A program made the translations under genes and the position numbers. Source: Candidatus Levyibacteriota bacterium (lineage in GTDB: Bacteria > Patescibacteriota > Microgenomatia > Levybacterales > UBA12049). From it: DNA of 64,000 nucleotides. The DNA lies in contig DAIDHK010000001.1 in assembly GCA_027459725.1 (NCBI GenBank), positions 131,411-195,410 on the forward strand, read 5' to 3'. Shown here one piece after another: positions 40,117 through 50,063 of the stretch (positions are counted from its first letter, which is position 1; each line of letters starts with the position of its first letter). The notes beneath the pieces were generated by a model that saw only the letters and a program-made list of their open reading frames with translations, did not search any database and had not been told where the DNA came from.

Positions 40117-40187
40117 CGGGGAGTAGTTTAACGGTAGAATGCGCGCATGGGGTGCGTGTGGCCGGAGTTCAATTCTCCGCTCCCCGA
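40117..40187 (+). tRNA. tRNA-Pro(GGG), CCA not encoded
   Basis: Acceptor CGGGGAG/CTCCCCG, anticodon stem CGCGC/GCGTG with loop ATGGGGT, T arm CGGAG-TTCAATT-CTCCG. Confidence 0.95.
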
Positions 40188-40204
40188 CTGGTATAGAAAA
40201 GTTC

Positions 40205-41041
40205 TTAGACAGCTTTTACTTCTTCTGCATTAAGAAAGTTATCAACAATTGGAATCAATTCTTGCCTGTCAGAGAGAGGATTAAACCTACGTGAGGGATT
40301 ATCACTATACGCAAAGCCTAACAATCGGGCTGTAATAGTCTCAACAAACTCTTCCTCAATAGGTAATTCCTGACCTGGCTTTCTATAAAATTAAGAATAA
40401 TGTGAAACAGGATCATATCTTTCTGCAGCCTGAGCAAAACGAGTCATAAAATCCAACCCATCAACTACCTCTCCGCTGGGTAAGCGCAAAGTATATCCTT
40501 CTGTATATAAAGCTTGTGTAGCCAGTGTATGTGCGAATTCATGCACTAAACCCTCCGCATGGATAATTTTCCTAACACTCTCTGGAATAAAGGAAGGAAT
40601 TTCAAGTAGCCAAATATCACTTGAGGGACTGCCTGACTGCCGCCATCTGGTATTGTCTGTATATGAGGGAATAATAGCAGTTTTACTTAATGCTAACGCT
40701 GGATCAGATGTTGTACTTATGTTCTCAGGTGTGGCGTCATGTGCGAAATACCTCGAAGGTTTGCCTATAATCCCTCCTGTGTTGAGTCTCGATATCCTGT
40801 GAGCACGAGTTGGAAATAGGTGTAAAAGTCCACTTACTTCAGCGGACGTAACATGCAGGTGTTCAATTCCTTGTAGTGAGAATGGAGGAGCTTCCTATCT
40901 GGGTTGAGGCAAGAGTCCAGTAATCTTAGCCGTATTCCCACTATACCAGTCAATTGTGGGTCTCATGTCCAATCCGGAATTGTTTGATTGAGGCTCAGAA
41001 GGCTTGATTTGATCAGTTTGCTTAAATCTCTCACCTGCCAT
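40205..41041 (-). pseudogene. Zincin-like (HExxH) protein pseudogene with two nonsense codons
   Basis: One 279-codon frame from ATG 41041, broken only by TAG (40895-40897) and TAA (40391-40393); HEFAH at 40529-40543 and downstream EEFVET; promoter TTGCAA-17-TATAAT. Confidence 0.8.
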
Positions 41042-41110
41042 AAGAAGAATTATATAATTTCAAATTTATAATTGCAAAAACTTATGAGCTGCATTGGTAT
41101 TTGTTCACGT

Positions 41111-41848
41111 TTAAATCTTTATCTCACTGATTACAGGTAAATGATCAGAGGCTCTGGTTTCTCCCACATAAGTTTGCAAAACTTCAACATCCCGGCTGGT
41201 AAAGATATAATCAATGCGGTACTCAAGTCCATTTACTTTAAATCCTCTGTAATTGGCAGGATATACACTCCATGTTTTTTGTTTTAGATTTTTATCTGCT
41301 GATTCCAAAACTTGTGCTATCATCTGAACAGTGCTGCTTTCAGGCAAACTATTAAAATCTCCTAATAAAATCACTTTATTTTCCCGAAATAGAGAAATTA
41401 ATTTTTTAACCTGCCTGTTACGAATTTGAGATTCCTCAAAACCCTGTGAATAACCTAAATGGGTATTAAAAATAGTAAACTTTACATTGCTTACTGTAAT
41501 TTCTGTCCTTATGACCACTCTAGGTTCTGTGTCAGCAGAACCCTGGTATTCAGTTAAGGAACTCAATTCTATTACTTCAGACGAGGAGATAGGAAATCTA
41601 CTTAATATTGCATTCCCCAGATCATATTCCGGATGATGTCGATCAGTGTGAAAAGCTTTGAAGTAGATAAAATTGTAGCCTAATTCATTTGCAATGCTTT
41701 CTGCTATATTAAATTGTTTACCCTCTCGTTTCTGTTCAATTACTTCTTGTAAACCAATTACATCAGGATTTTCTGTTTTTAAATATTGAATAATTCCTGG
41801 TAAATATTTCCCATGCCAGATATTCCATGTCATAACTTTTATTTTCAT
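41111..41848 (-). CDS. Endonuclease/exonuclease/phosphatase (EEP) family protein
   Basis: MTWNI, DVIGLQEV, GNAILSR, NTHL, LGDFN, RIDYIF, SDHLPV. Confidence 0.92.
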   Translation of the reverse strand: MKIKVMTWNIWHGKYLPGIIQYLKTENPDVIGLQEVIEQKREGKQFNIAESIANELGYNFIYFKAFHTDRHHPEYDLGNAILSRFPISSSEVIELSSLTEYQGSADTEPRVVIRTEITVSNVKFTIFNTHLGYSQGFEESQIRNRQVKKLISLFRENKVILLGDFNSLPESSTVQMIAQVLESADKNLKQKTWSVYPANYRGFKVNGLEYRIDYIFTSRDVEVLQTYVGETRASDHLPVISEIKI

Positions 41849-41962
41849 ATGTGCATTCTATAGAACTCCTTCTATATAAGCAATGTGCTGCAAGTACTGG
41901 TATTGGTTTGACACTATTGGTAATTACCAAAAGATAATTACTTTATATCACAATCATATTCT

Positions 41963-42325
41963 TTGAGCTATAATACTACTGTGACTATTGAGGAAATCCA
42001 ACAAAAAGTTATTAAATTTCGTGACGACCGGAATTGGAAACAATTCCATAATCCTAAGGATCTTGCACTGTCTCTCACTCTAGAAGCAGCTGAGGTTATG
42101 GAGAAATTTCAGTGGAAAAATTCACAGGAGATGGGTGAATATATTCAGAATAATAGATCCAATATTGCAGAAGAGATCGCTGATGTATTTAAATACTTAT
42201 TAATAATTTGTCATGATTTAAATATTAATTTAGAGCAAGCTACACTTAAGAAAATGAAGAAGGATAACCAGCATTATCCCGTAAAAAAAACCAAAGGAAA
42301 ACACACCAAATATACAGAACTTTAA
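41963..42325 (+). CDS. MazG-like nucleotide pyrophosphohydrolase
   Basis: FRDDRNWKQFHNPKDLALSL..EAAEV, EEIADV; start may be GTG 41981. Confidence 0.9.
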   Translation: MSYNTTVTIEEIQQKVIKFRDDRNWKQFHNPKDLALSLTLEAAEVMEKFQWKNSQEMGEYIQNNRSNIAEEIADVFKYLLIICHDLNINLEQATLKKMKKDNQHYPVKKTKGKHTKYTEL

Positions 42326-42458
42326 AATCTGTTAGGATATATCTTTACCTATATCACAATTATCCTGTCAACTGCCCTTATTCACATCCTTGCACAAAGT
42401 TATGGGAGACTTCTAGCCCTGCTTGATTTTCGCCTAGATTTTGAAACAAATAAATAAC

Positions 42459-43340
42459 TTATCTGCTCCATCGCGCATAAATTCCAGTTGATAATAGTCT
42501 TTTTCTGCTTTTTTCTTCCAGCGCTAATTCTCCAGATTCAACTGTCCCATCAAACTTTTGCATCATATCCTCAATTGTGTTCAGTAGCATGATGGAAGAA
42601 GCGGAAACTGCATAGGCATTAATTAGCACAAACAGTGGAGTACTTGATAAAACCTGCTGACAAGCGTCCACCAATTTAGGGAAACTTTCCGTAAACTCCC
42701 AGCGTTCACCTTTGGGTCCGTGACCAAAGACAGGAGGATCCATAATTATTCCGTCATATTTAATACCTCTTCGAATCTCACGCTGCACAAATTTTAAACA
42801 GTCATCCATTATCCAGCGGATTGGTTTGTCGGATAGATTGGACAGACTTTGATTTTCTCTCGCCCAACTAATCGTCGGATAAGATGCGTCCACATGGGTA
42901 ACATTTGCTCCATTAGCAGCACATACCAAACTTGCAATACCAGTATATCCAAATAAATTCAAAACTCTTATTATTTCTCCATGCTTGGTTTTTGATCTTT
43001 GCAATTTTATTTTTCCTTCCAGCCAATCCCAGTGCAGATGCTGCTCCGGGAAAACCCCTGTATGTTTAAAAGGCGACATTTTAACCCTGAGGGTCAACTG
43101 TTTATAGCGCATTTTCCAGCTTTCAGGCATAAAATGGCTACGCATCCAACTTCCTTTACCGTTCTGCTCCCTAAAAGATGCGTCAGCCTTAACCCAGTCT
43201 AAATTAGAGAGGCCAGGCTGCCAGAGGCACTGCGGATCAGGCCGTGACAGAATATAAGGCCCAAACCGCTCTAGACGCCTCAGATTGCCGCTATCCAGTA
43301 GTTCATAATCCATCCATCCCCGAGAGGATAAAATAGTCAT
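42459..43340 (-). CDS. Class I SAM-dependent methyltransferase (RlmI/RlmK-like)
   Basis: DYELLDSG, RLERFG, RPDPQ, FKHTGVFPEQ, VLNLFGYTG, DPPVFG; ATG 43340 behind TTGCTT-17-TATACT. Confidence 0.9.
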   Translation of the reverse strand: MTILSSRGWMDYELLDSGNLRRLERFGPYILSRPDPQCLWQPGLSNLDWVKADASFREQNGKGSWMRSHFMPESWKMRYKQLTLRVKMSPFKHTGVFPEQHLHWDWLEGKIKLQRSKTKHGEIIRVLNLFGYTGIASLVCAANGANVTHVDASYPTISWARENQSLSNLSDKPIRWIMDDCLKFVQREIRRGIKYDGIIMDPPVFGHGPKGERWEFTESFPKLVDACQQVLSSTPLFVLINAYAVSASSIMLLNTIEDMMQKFDGTVESGELALEEKSRKRLLSTGIYARWSR

Positions 43341-43525
43341 GTTATTTAGTATAATCTTAGACACCCTCACAAGCAACTCGTTTAAGACTACACAGATTAG
43401 GCACATTTTGTGCTCACATTGTCGTACAATTAAAATGATCACATTTTTACTATATATTATGCCTGATTTGTGCCTATAGAGTATATTTTATACTCAATAT
43501 AGATCTTGTTCCCTGGTCAACCCTG

Positions 43526-44038
43526 ATGTATAATGGAGATTACGTTATGAAGAATGATATGAAAAGTAGACTTATTGATTTTTCCAAACTTAAATTCGAA
43601 GTACGCAAAGCAATGCGATATAACGACGTCGGAGATTACTTTGGTAATACTATTATTTCCTACGATATGGGCGATGAAATAGTTAATAATGCTATTATGC
43701 TTCACGAATTTATTGAATATACGCTGATTAAATCTGCCGGTATTCCAGTTGGACTGATTGATGCTTTCGATACTACCGACGATGCTGAAGAGAAATATCC
43801 AGGAGAATTCAAACTATATAGTAAATTTCACAGATTAGCTAACGCAATCGAGAGACAATTTATAGAGAATTTAGGTCTGAACTGGCAAAAGCACGAGAAG
43901 ACTATTGATACAGCTAAAGTAGAAGTGGCGATGAAAAAAATTGAAGAAGAATTGCATAAAGAGCATCCATCCGAAAAAAAGCTTGAAGCTTCAAAAGATG
44001 TAGTAGAGGATGTGTTTAAGGAAAAAGGAAATAAGTAA
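43526..44038 (+). CDS. Hypothetical metallo-hydrolase-like protein (HExxE...H...E)
   Basis: RYNDVGDY, HEFIE, GI..IDAFD, FHRLANAIER; start may be ATG 43547. Confidence 0.7.
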   Translation: MYNGDYVMKNDMKSRLIDFSKLKFEVRKAMRYNDVGDYFGNTIISYDMGDEIVNNAIMLHEFIEYTLIKSAGIPVGLIDAFDTTDDAEEKYPGEFKLYSKFHRLANAIERQFIENLGLNWQKHEKTIDTAKVEVAMKKIEEELHKEHPSEKKLEASKDVVEDVFKEKGNK

Positions 44039-44039
44039 G

Positions 44040-45449
44040 CTATTTAATTTCCCCTACTTTTACGTCAAAAGGCAGACTATAAAGATTTCTCTCCAAACCA
44101 TAGTTAAGTCTGTTTAAAATTGATGAGGAATAATCAAGTGACAAATAATCATCTTTTGAGCGATAGTAGGCTCCAATAAAGGCAAACCCATCAACATTAC
44201 GATACATCTTATTAACTGCTTCATTAATACTTTTGCCAGCGCCTGTAATTACAGCTAAATTCCAATCAGTTCCCACTGAGACAAATTTACCACGCCGATT
44301 ACGTTTGACATCCCATAACCACAGATCTTTTTCAATCTCCGGCTTAAAATCAACAGTAAGATCAGCAGATATTTGTTCAGTTTCGTCATTGCGGTTAAGA
44401 TTAAAAATCCGTACTGAAGAGCCTACAGTTCCAATACTTAAAGGATTTTGTTTTTTAACCATTCTCTCAAAATATTCATGAACAGAGGGCGCTTGTGAAA
44501 TTTGCGTAAAGTATTCATTATATCCAGGACGATTGGAACAAAATTCACCAAAATATATTCTGCCATCTTTTTTATTAATCAAAATTGAAGCATCCCAGAT
44601 AAACAATCCCTTCCTAGTTTTGGCAATCTCATCAACAATGGGAGGAAAACACAGTTTGTTAATTCTGTCTTCCATCAATGTGGGGAATACTAAATCTTCT
44701 GAGCATCCTGTCTGAATAGAAATATTTCCGCTGCCAAATGATTTATTTTCTATATCTATAGAAGTTCCAATAGGAACTCCATCATAATATAATTTTTCCG
44801 GTGTTAATTCGATAATGGATGGTATAAATAATTCAAGTATAAAACCACGTTTTTCGTATTGTTCGGGGAAATTAATTAACATTTCCAAAATCTGTCCTTT
44901 TGCCAAATCAGGATCATAAACATCAGGAACAAAAGTACGAGCACCATCATCTTTGCCTTTTAAAACCCATAAATCATTGGAAGTTTCTAGGAAAGCAACT
45001 GCTTCTTTAGTTTTTTCAAATTCTACAACGTCGGGAGTATACAACTTAGGATAATTCTGACGAACAAATTTTTTAGCACTGTCTCTATCAATTTCTAACA
45101 TAAAGTCTTCTTTTGTCGGAAAATTTCCTTCGAATCCTTTATCTCTTAAACGTTCAGCCCATCTATATAAATTATTCTCTTCAAAAAAAAGATACCATTC
45201 CTGAGGATTTTTTACTTCTAACAATTCCTGTACTACCTTCTCTGCAGATTTAATATCCAAAATACCTTTAAACAGCTCTAATCTTCTCTGCTTATTAAAT
45301 GAAGATTCTGTTGCCCTTGAAACTTCTTCCTCCATGACATAATCTTTTACATCTTCAATGATACCTACCAAAACATCATAACCTTCCTGTTGTAATTTAT
45401 AGGCGATCGGCAAACTTAGTCCACTAAAAGTAATAAAAGCATATTTCAT
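44040..45449 (-). CDS. PurD-like ATP-grasp ligase lacking the PurD substrate motifs
   Basis: LEIDR..AK, WVLKG, FILELFI, ENK.FG.G....TG, EFCSNRPGY, AYYRS; no GSGGREHA. Confidence 0.75.
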   Translation of the reverse strand: MKYAFITFSGLSLPIAYKLQQEGYDVLVGIIEDVKDYVMEEEVSRATESSFNKQRRLELFKGILDIKSAEKVVQELLEVKNPQEWYLFFEENNLYRWAERLRDKGFEGNFPTKEDFMLEIDRDSAKKFVRQNYPKLYTPDVVEFEKTKEAVAFLETSNDLWVLKGKDDGARTFVPDVYDPDLAKGQILEMLINFPEQYEKRGFILELFIPSIIELTPEKLYYDGVPIGTSIDIENKSFGSGNISIQTGCSEDLVFPTLMEDRINKLCFPPIVDEIAKTRKGLFIWDASILINKKDGRIYFGEFCSNRPGYNEYFTQISQAPSVHEYFERMVKKQNPLSIGTVGSSVRIFNLNRNDETEQISADLTVDFKPEIEKDLWLWDVKRNRRGKFVSVGTDWNLAVITGAGKSINEAVNKMYRNVDGFAFIGAYYRSKDDYLSLDYSSSILNRLNYGLERNLYSLPFDVKVGEIK

Positions 45450-45507
45450 ATCCAATTAATTAAACTTCATAAAGTGAAAAAAATCAATAACTAAAATAAG
45501 CATTAAA

Positions 45508-46473
45508 TTATTTTTTGATGAGGTTGATTAATATTTTTTTTATATCGTTAATTGAGTCATTATCGTAAATAGATATTTTATAAATTTTTTTCTGCAAGTT
45601 CTTCAACTTTTCCTCTTTTATATTTAATTCTTCTTTAGTAATTAAATCGATTTTTGTTAGTAAAATAATTTCCTGTTTTTGATTAATCTCATTACCATAT
45701 TTCTCAAACTCATCATGAACGGCTAGGTAATTATTAACTAAATCATCTTCACTACAGTCAAGGCAATGCACTAGTACTCTTGTCTTCTCTATATGTTTTA
45801 GGAATTTAAATCCAAGTCCTCTTCCCTGACTTGCTCCTTCAATCAAGCCGGGAATATCAGCTAATATAATTCCATCCATTACCCCTAGGTTTGGTTCAAG
45901 GGTAGTAAAAGGATAATTGGCAATTTTTGGTTTTGCGTTAGTCAATACTGATAACAAACTGCTCTTACCTGCATTAGGTAAACCTATAAAACCAATATCC
46001 GCAATCAATCTTAATTCCAGTTTTAAATTTTTCACGCTTCCTTTAGTTCCCGGTTCTGCATAATGAGGGGCCTGGTTAGTTGAAGATTTAAACTCAGTGT
46101 TACCTCTACCTCCTATACCACCTTTAGCGATTAACAACTTATCTTCTATATTGTCTATTTCATAAGTCTTATTTTTATCTATATCTGTAACACTTGTTCC
46201 CAGAGGTACAAAAATTACTAAATCCTCTCCGGTACGCCCAAATAAGTTTTTATTTTTACCATCTACTCCATTCTGAGCTTTCCATTCTTTTTTAAATTGA
46301 AATTGTTGCAATGCAGTTAAGTCAGTTGACCCCTGCAGATAAACACTACCACCGTTACCACCGTTTCCGCCGTTAGGTCCTCCTTTAAAATTAACTGATG
46401 TGTGTAAAAAAGTGGAAGCACCATTTCCTCCATCCCCACCTTTAACCGTAATTAAGACATTATCTATTAACAT
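45508..46473 (-). CDS. obgE: GTPase ObgE/CgtA
   Basis: GGDGGNG, GLPNAGKSS, YPFTTLEPNLG, DIPGLIEGA, TKID; start MLIDN. Confidence 0.96.
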   Translation of the reverse strand: MLIDNVLITVKGGDGGNGASTFLHTSVNFKGGPNGGNGGNGGSVYLQGSTDLTALQQFQFKKEWKAQNGVDGKNKNLFGRTGEDLVIFVPLGTSVTDIDKNKTYEIDNIEDKLLIAKGGIGGRGNTEFKSSTNQAPHYAEPGTKGSVKNLKLELRLIADIGFIGLPNAGKSSLLSVLTNAKPKIANYPFTTLEPNLGVMDGIILADIPGLIEGASQGRGLGFKFLKHIEKTRVLVHCLDCSEDDLVNNYLAVHDEFEKYGNEINQKQEIILLTKIDLITKEELNIKEEKLKNLQKKIYKISIYDNDSINDIKKILINLIKK

Positions 46474-46612
46474 AATCATATTGTATCATCAGTGATACTT
46501 AAAAAGAAGTTTTTTTCTTACGAAAGATTTACCATATCTTTTTTCTCGTCTAATCAAAAAATTAGAGAATTATTTTATTATATCCAATAATGATCTAACT
46601 AAAATTCCACAG

Positions 46613-47077
46613 ATGGCAAATAGTAATACCACGGATCCAACTTCCAATAACGATAATGAAATGAGAGATACAAGGGAATTTAATAGGCATCACACAGAAC
46701 TTAGCCAATAATTTCCTTTCTAAAAATGACGGAAAGCCCAAAACTACTATATAACTGGATCGAAGAGACTCGATAATGAGACTGCTCAAGAAACAGATAG
46801 CAGTTAGCCTGAACATTCTGGTAAATTCAGAAAATTGTCAGATAAAAGCAGCGCTATTCAAGATCTAGTGGATGAAGGGCACAATAAAAAATATATAGGA
46901 CAAACACCTCCAAGTATTCAGGTGGAACCCTCTGCTGCGGTCGAGATTCCCGATCCTGTCTCAATCAAAGATACGCTTGATAATGCACAGAGCATGGAGA
47001 TGCAAGAGAAAGAAGACTTAGAGTATGCTGAAGCGGTCGGTATTAAAAGATCTGTAGATGAGGCGGAGAATACCTAA
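46613..47077 (+). pseudogene. Probable decayed gene for an acidic low-complexity protein
   Basis: ATG 46613 is in frame with the 46835-47077 ORF; four in-frame stops (TAA,TAA,TGA,TAG) and no frameshift. Confidence 0.45.
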
Positions 47078-47130
47078 AAATACACTAAACTAATAACTTC
47101 TCTTGTTTCCACTTTTTGTATAATAAACAA

Positions 47131-47799
47131 ATGATTTATGGAGTAGTATTAATTGGGGAGCTCCTTTTACTTTATCTATTTTCTCAATTATTATCAAAAT
47201 CTATCTCTTTATTGTTCCAGATATTCAGATTCCATCAAATATTAATTGTATTTATCATGGGTATTATTTTTTTGCCAGGGACTTTAATTCATGAATTAGC
47301 ACATTGGTTCATGGCAAAACTTCTTTTTGTACCAACCGGGAAAATCTCTCTTTTACCTAAGTTACAAGGAAATACCATTCGAATGGGAACGGCAGAGGTT
47401 GGTAAATCAGATATTGTCAGACAATTATTAATTGGTGTGGCCCCTTTTATCCTAGGGATAACAATACTGTTCTTGAGCTTTTATTTTTTACTACCCAAAC
47501 TTTCTTCTTTAAATTATGTGCTTCTAGATTTATTCATTTACCTGCTGTTTACAATCTCCAACTCTATGTTTTCAAGCAAGAGAGATTTGGAAGGCATAGC
47601 ATTCTTCTTATTTATATTAATTATATGTTTTAGTTTATTGATAATTTTTGACAAAGAAATAATTGTTCAATTACAAACATTACTGTCTTTATTACCCGCA
47701 CGATATTGGCAAACAGCCATTTACTATTTGTTGATACCTTTAACGCTTGACATCATCATACTAATCGTATTAAGATTGTTTATTCAGTTATTCAAATAA
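47131..47799 (+). CDS. M50-like membrane metallopeptidase
   Basis: LPGTLIHELAH, IGVAPF, SSKRD; TATAAT 6 nt before ATG 47131. Confidence 0.8.
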   Translation: MIYGVVLIGELLLLYLFSQLLSKSISLLFQIFRFHQILIVFIMGIIFLPGTLIHELAHWFMAKLLFVPTGKISLLPKLQGNTIRMGTAEVGKSDIVRQLLIGVAPFILGITILFLSFYFLLPKLSSLNYVLLDLFIYLLFTISNSMFSSKRDLEGIAFFLFILIICFSLLIIFDKEIIVQLQTLLSLLPARYWQTAIYYLLIPLTLDIIILIVLRLFIQLFK

Positions 47800-47806
47800 T
47801 ATACCT

Positions 47807-48283
47807 ATGAGAAAAGACATTATCAGCGCTATTATAGTTTTTGTAGTAATTGTTGCTGCAGGAACTGGACTTATGTATGTAAGTGCAAAAACTTCATCAA
47901 GCAATGCCACTCCTACACCTACTCAACAACAAAATAGTTCAAGTACCTCAACAGCTGATACAAAAAAGCTACAGATTACTGATGAAAAAGTTGGGACAGG
48001 TCCTGCTGCTAAAAAAGGTGACACAGTAACCGTCAATTATGTAGGTACTCTGATGAATGGTAAACAATTTGATAGCTCTTATTCCAGAAATCAACCTTTC
48101 ACTTTCACTATCGGCGCTGGTCAGGTTATCAAAGGATGGGATTTGGGAGTGGTAGGTATGAAAGTCGGTGGAAAAAGAAAATTAGTGATTCCACCGGATT
48201 TAGGATATGGGAGTACTGCTCAAGGAAGTATCCCTGCTAATTCCACTTTAATTTTTGAAATCGAGTTATTAAGTATCAAGTGA
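47807..48283 (+). CDS. FKBP-type peptidyl-prolyl isomerase, membrane anchored
   Basis: VNYVGTL, FDSS, VIKGWDLG, GMKVGGKRKLVIPPDLGYG, IPANSTLIFEIEL. Confidence 0.95.
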   Translation: MRKDIISAIIVFVVIVAAGTGLMYVSAKTSSSNATPTPTQQQNSSSTSTADTKKLQITDEKVGTGPAAKKGDTVTVNYVGTLMNGKQFDSSYSRNQPFTFTIGAGQVIKGWDLGVVGMKVGGKRKLVIPPDLGYGSTAQGSIPANSTLIFEIELLSIK

Positions 48284-49981
48284 TCATTTTCTCTTAAAAA
48301 CTCGATACAAATCCATTTGAGAAACATAAACTCTAGTAGGACGTCCATGTGGACACGTAGTATTATTGCTGGTTTTATTTAATTGTTCAAGCAATCTCTT
48401 CATCTCAGAATTAGATAACATGTCCCCAGCCATAATAGCTTGCCTACAGGATAGATATGCCAGTGTTTTGTGGGTTTGTATATCTGTTCTAAAACTTTTT
48501 TCTTTAGCTACTAATACATCATCTGTCCTGGTGAGTAGTTCTAAAATTAAATCTACATAATTCCTGTCTCGAAAAATCAAAGGTACTGCAGTTAAGAATA
48601 ATCTTGTCTTATTTGTTGAAAACGTAAAACCAAATCTCTTTAAAAAATCTCTTGAATCTGTCAATTTTTGCATCTCGACAAAGGGCAGGTCTAACTCTAC
48701 CGGAGCAGATAGAATAAATTGTTCTACTTTACTCTGCTCAAGAAGAAATGCTTTACTGAATTGTTCATACAAAATACGTTCATGTGCGGCATGCTGATCA
48801 ACCAAATAAAATCCTTTTTTTACAGGAAGTAAAATAAATGTTTTATCAATTTGTAATGGATCACCTTTTAACGCATTTTGCTCACTATCCCGTACCATCC
48901 AGGTATCTACATTTTCTTGCAAGAGTAGCCCCATGACAGAGTTAGTAGTTTTGTCTTTAGGGGAAAAAAGAAGATGCACATCTGAAGTAATTGTATACTT
49001 TTGGAGAGCCTGCTGAACTACTTGGGTTAACTCCTCAATTAAATTTTCTTTGTTAGCAATACCTACTTGCTCTTTACGTGGATGAATATTAACATCCACA
49101 AACTCAAAAGGAAGCTTAATAAAAATTATAAAATAAGGATATCTGTGAAACGGCAATAAACTCCCATATGCCAGTTTTATAGTTTTCTGCAGTTGAGTAT
49201 CAGTAATTTGACGTTCGTTAATATAAATTATTTCTTTATTAGAAGTAGATAAAGATTCCGTCGGTGGACTTATTAATCCTCTTATCTCAATAAATTGATC
49301 TTTATGACTAACTTGTATCATATTACTCATCTTGGAAACCGGAAAAAGTAAACTGATACGTTCTAATCTTTCTTTTGATTTATTCAGAATCAATATTTTT
49401 CTTTGATTATGATATAGAGAAAATCCAATTTTAGGATTACCTACTGCTGCAGATATCACTATATCTATTATATGTCCTAACTCTGTTCGTGCACTTTTTA
49501 AAAATTTTTTGCGGGCTGGTATTGTTTGAAACAAATTATTAATAATTACCGTCGTTCCTACTGGCATACCTAGCGGATTTATAGAGTTAACAACTCCATT
49601 TTTTAATTTTACTTCTGTTCCCACTAAACTAGATTCATCCCTACTTTGAATAACCAATTCCGACATAGCTGCCATACTAGCAAGTGCTTCACCCCTAAAA
49701 CCTAAAGAATTTATATTGCTTAAATCATCAACTTCATGTACTTTACTGGTAGTATGAATCTTAAATGATTCAAGCAGGTCATCTTTACTCATTCCATGTC
49801 CATTATCATGAACAATAATCTTTTTTAACCCGTTATTTTCTAAATAGATAGTTAAATTATCAGCTCCCGCATCTAAACTATTATCAATCAACTCTTTAAC
49901 AGCGTAAGCTGGTCTTTCAATCACTTCACCTGCAGCAATGCGTGAAATAACTTCAGGTGGTAAAAGTTTAATAGTTTTCAT
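48284..49981 (-). CDS. mutL: DNA mismatch repair endonuclease MutL
   Basis: IAAGEVIERP, GFRGEALAS, DVNIHPRK, DQHAAHERI, CPHGRP. Confidence 0.97.
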   Translation of the reverse strand: MKTIKLLPPEVISRIAAGEVIERPAYAVKELIDNSLDAGADNLTIYLENNGLKKIIVHDNGHGMSKDDLLESFKIHTTSKVHEVDDLSNINSLGFRGEALASMAAMSELVIQSRDESSLVGTEVKLKNGVVNSINPLGMPVGTTVIINNLFQTIPARKKFLKSARTELGHIIDIVISAAVGNPKIGFSLYHNQRKILILNKSKERLERISLLFPVSKMSNMIQVSHKDQFIEIRGLISPPTESLSTSNKEIIYINERQITDTQLQKTIKLAYGSLLPFHRYPYFIIFIKLPFEFVDVNIHPRKEQVGIANKENLIEELTQVVQQALQKYTITSDVHLLFSPKDKTTNSVMGLLLQENVDTWMVRDSEQNALKGDPLQIDKTFILLPVKKGFYLVDQHAAHERILYEQFSKAFLLEQSKVEQFILSAPVELDLPFVEMQKLTDSRDFLKRFGFTFSTNKTRLFLTAVPLIFRDRNYVDLILELLTRTDDVLVAKEKSFRTDIQTHKTLAYLSCRQAIMAGDMLSNSEMKRLLEQLNKTSNNTTCPHGRPTRVYVSQMDLYRVFKRK

Positions 49982-50063
49982 CTCACCTACTGTAGCAAAA
50001 AATAATTAAGAAGCCAACAAAAATTCTGTTGATAAAACCTTTCTACGCTGTTGTCAGTCTAAA

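Noticed and set aside
44040-45449. Calling the ATP-grasp gene purD
   Set aside because: Lacks the GSGGREHA and GPNTGGMG substrate motifs and has no pur context
40205-47077. Stop-codon reassignment or readthrough as the cause of internal stops in the two pseudogenes
   Set aside because: TAA, TAG and TGA all end conserved genes at expected positions (e.g. rpsD TAG, FKBP TGA, rpmJ TAA), and the internal stops are of mixed types
40160-47100. Integrated island at tRNA-Pro
   Set aside because: No integrase and no duplicated tRNA 3' end seen by eye; housekeeping genes are interspersed
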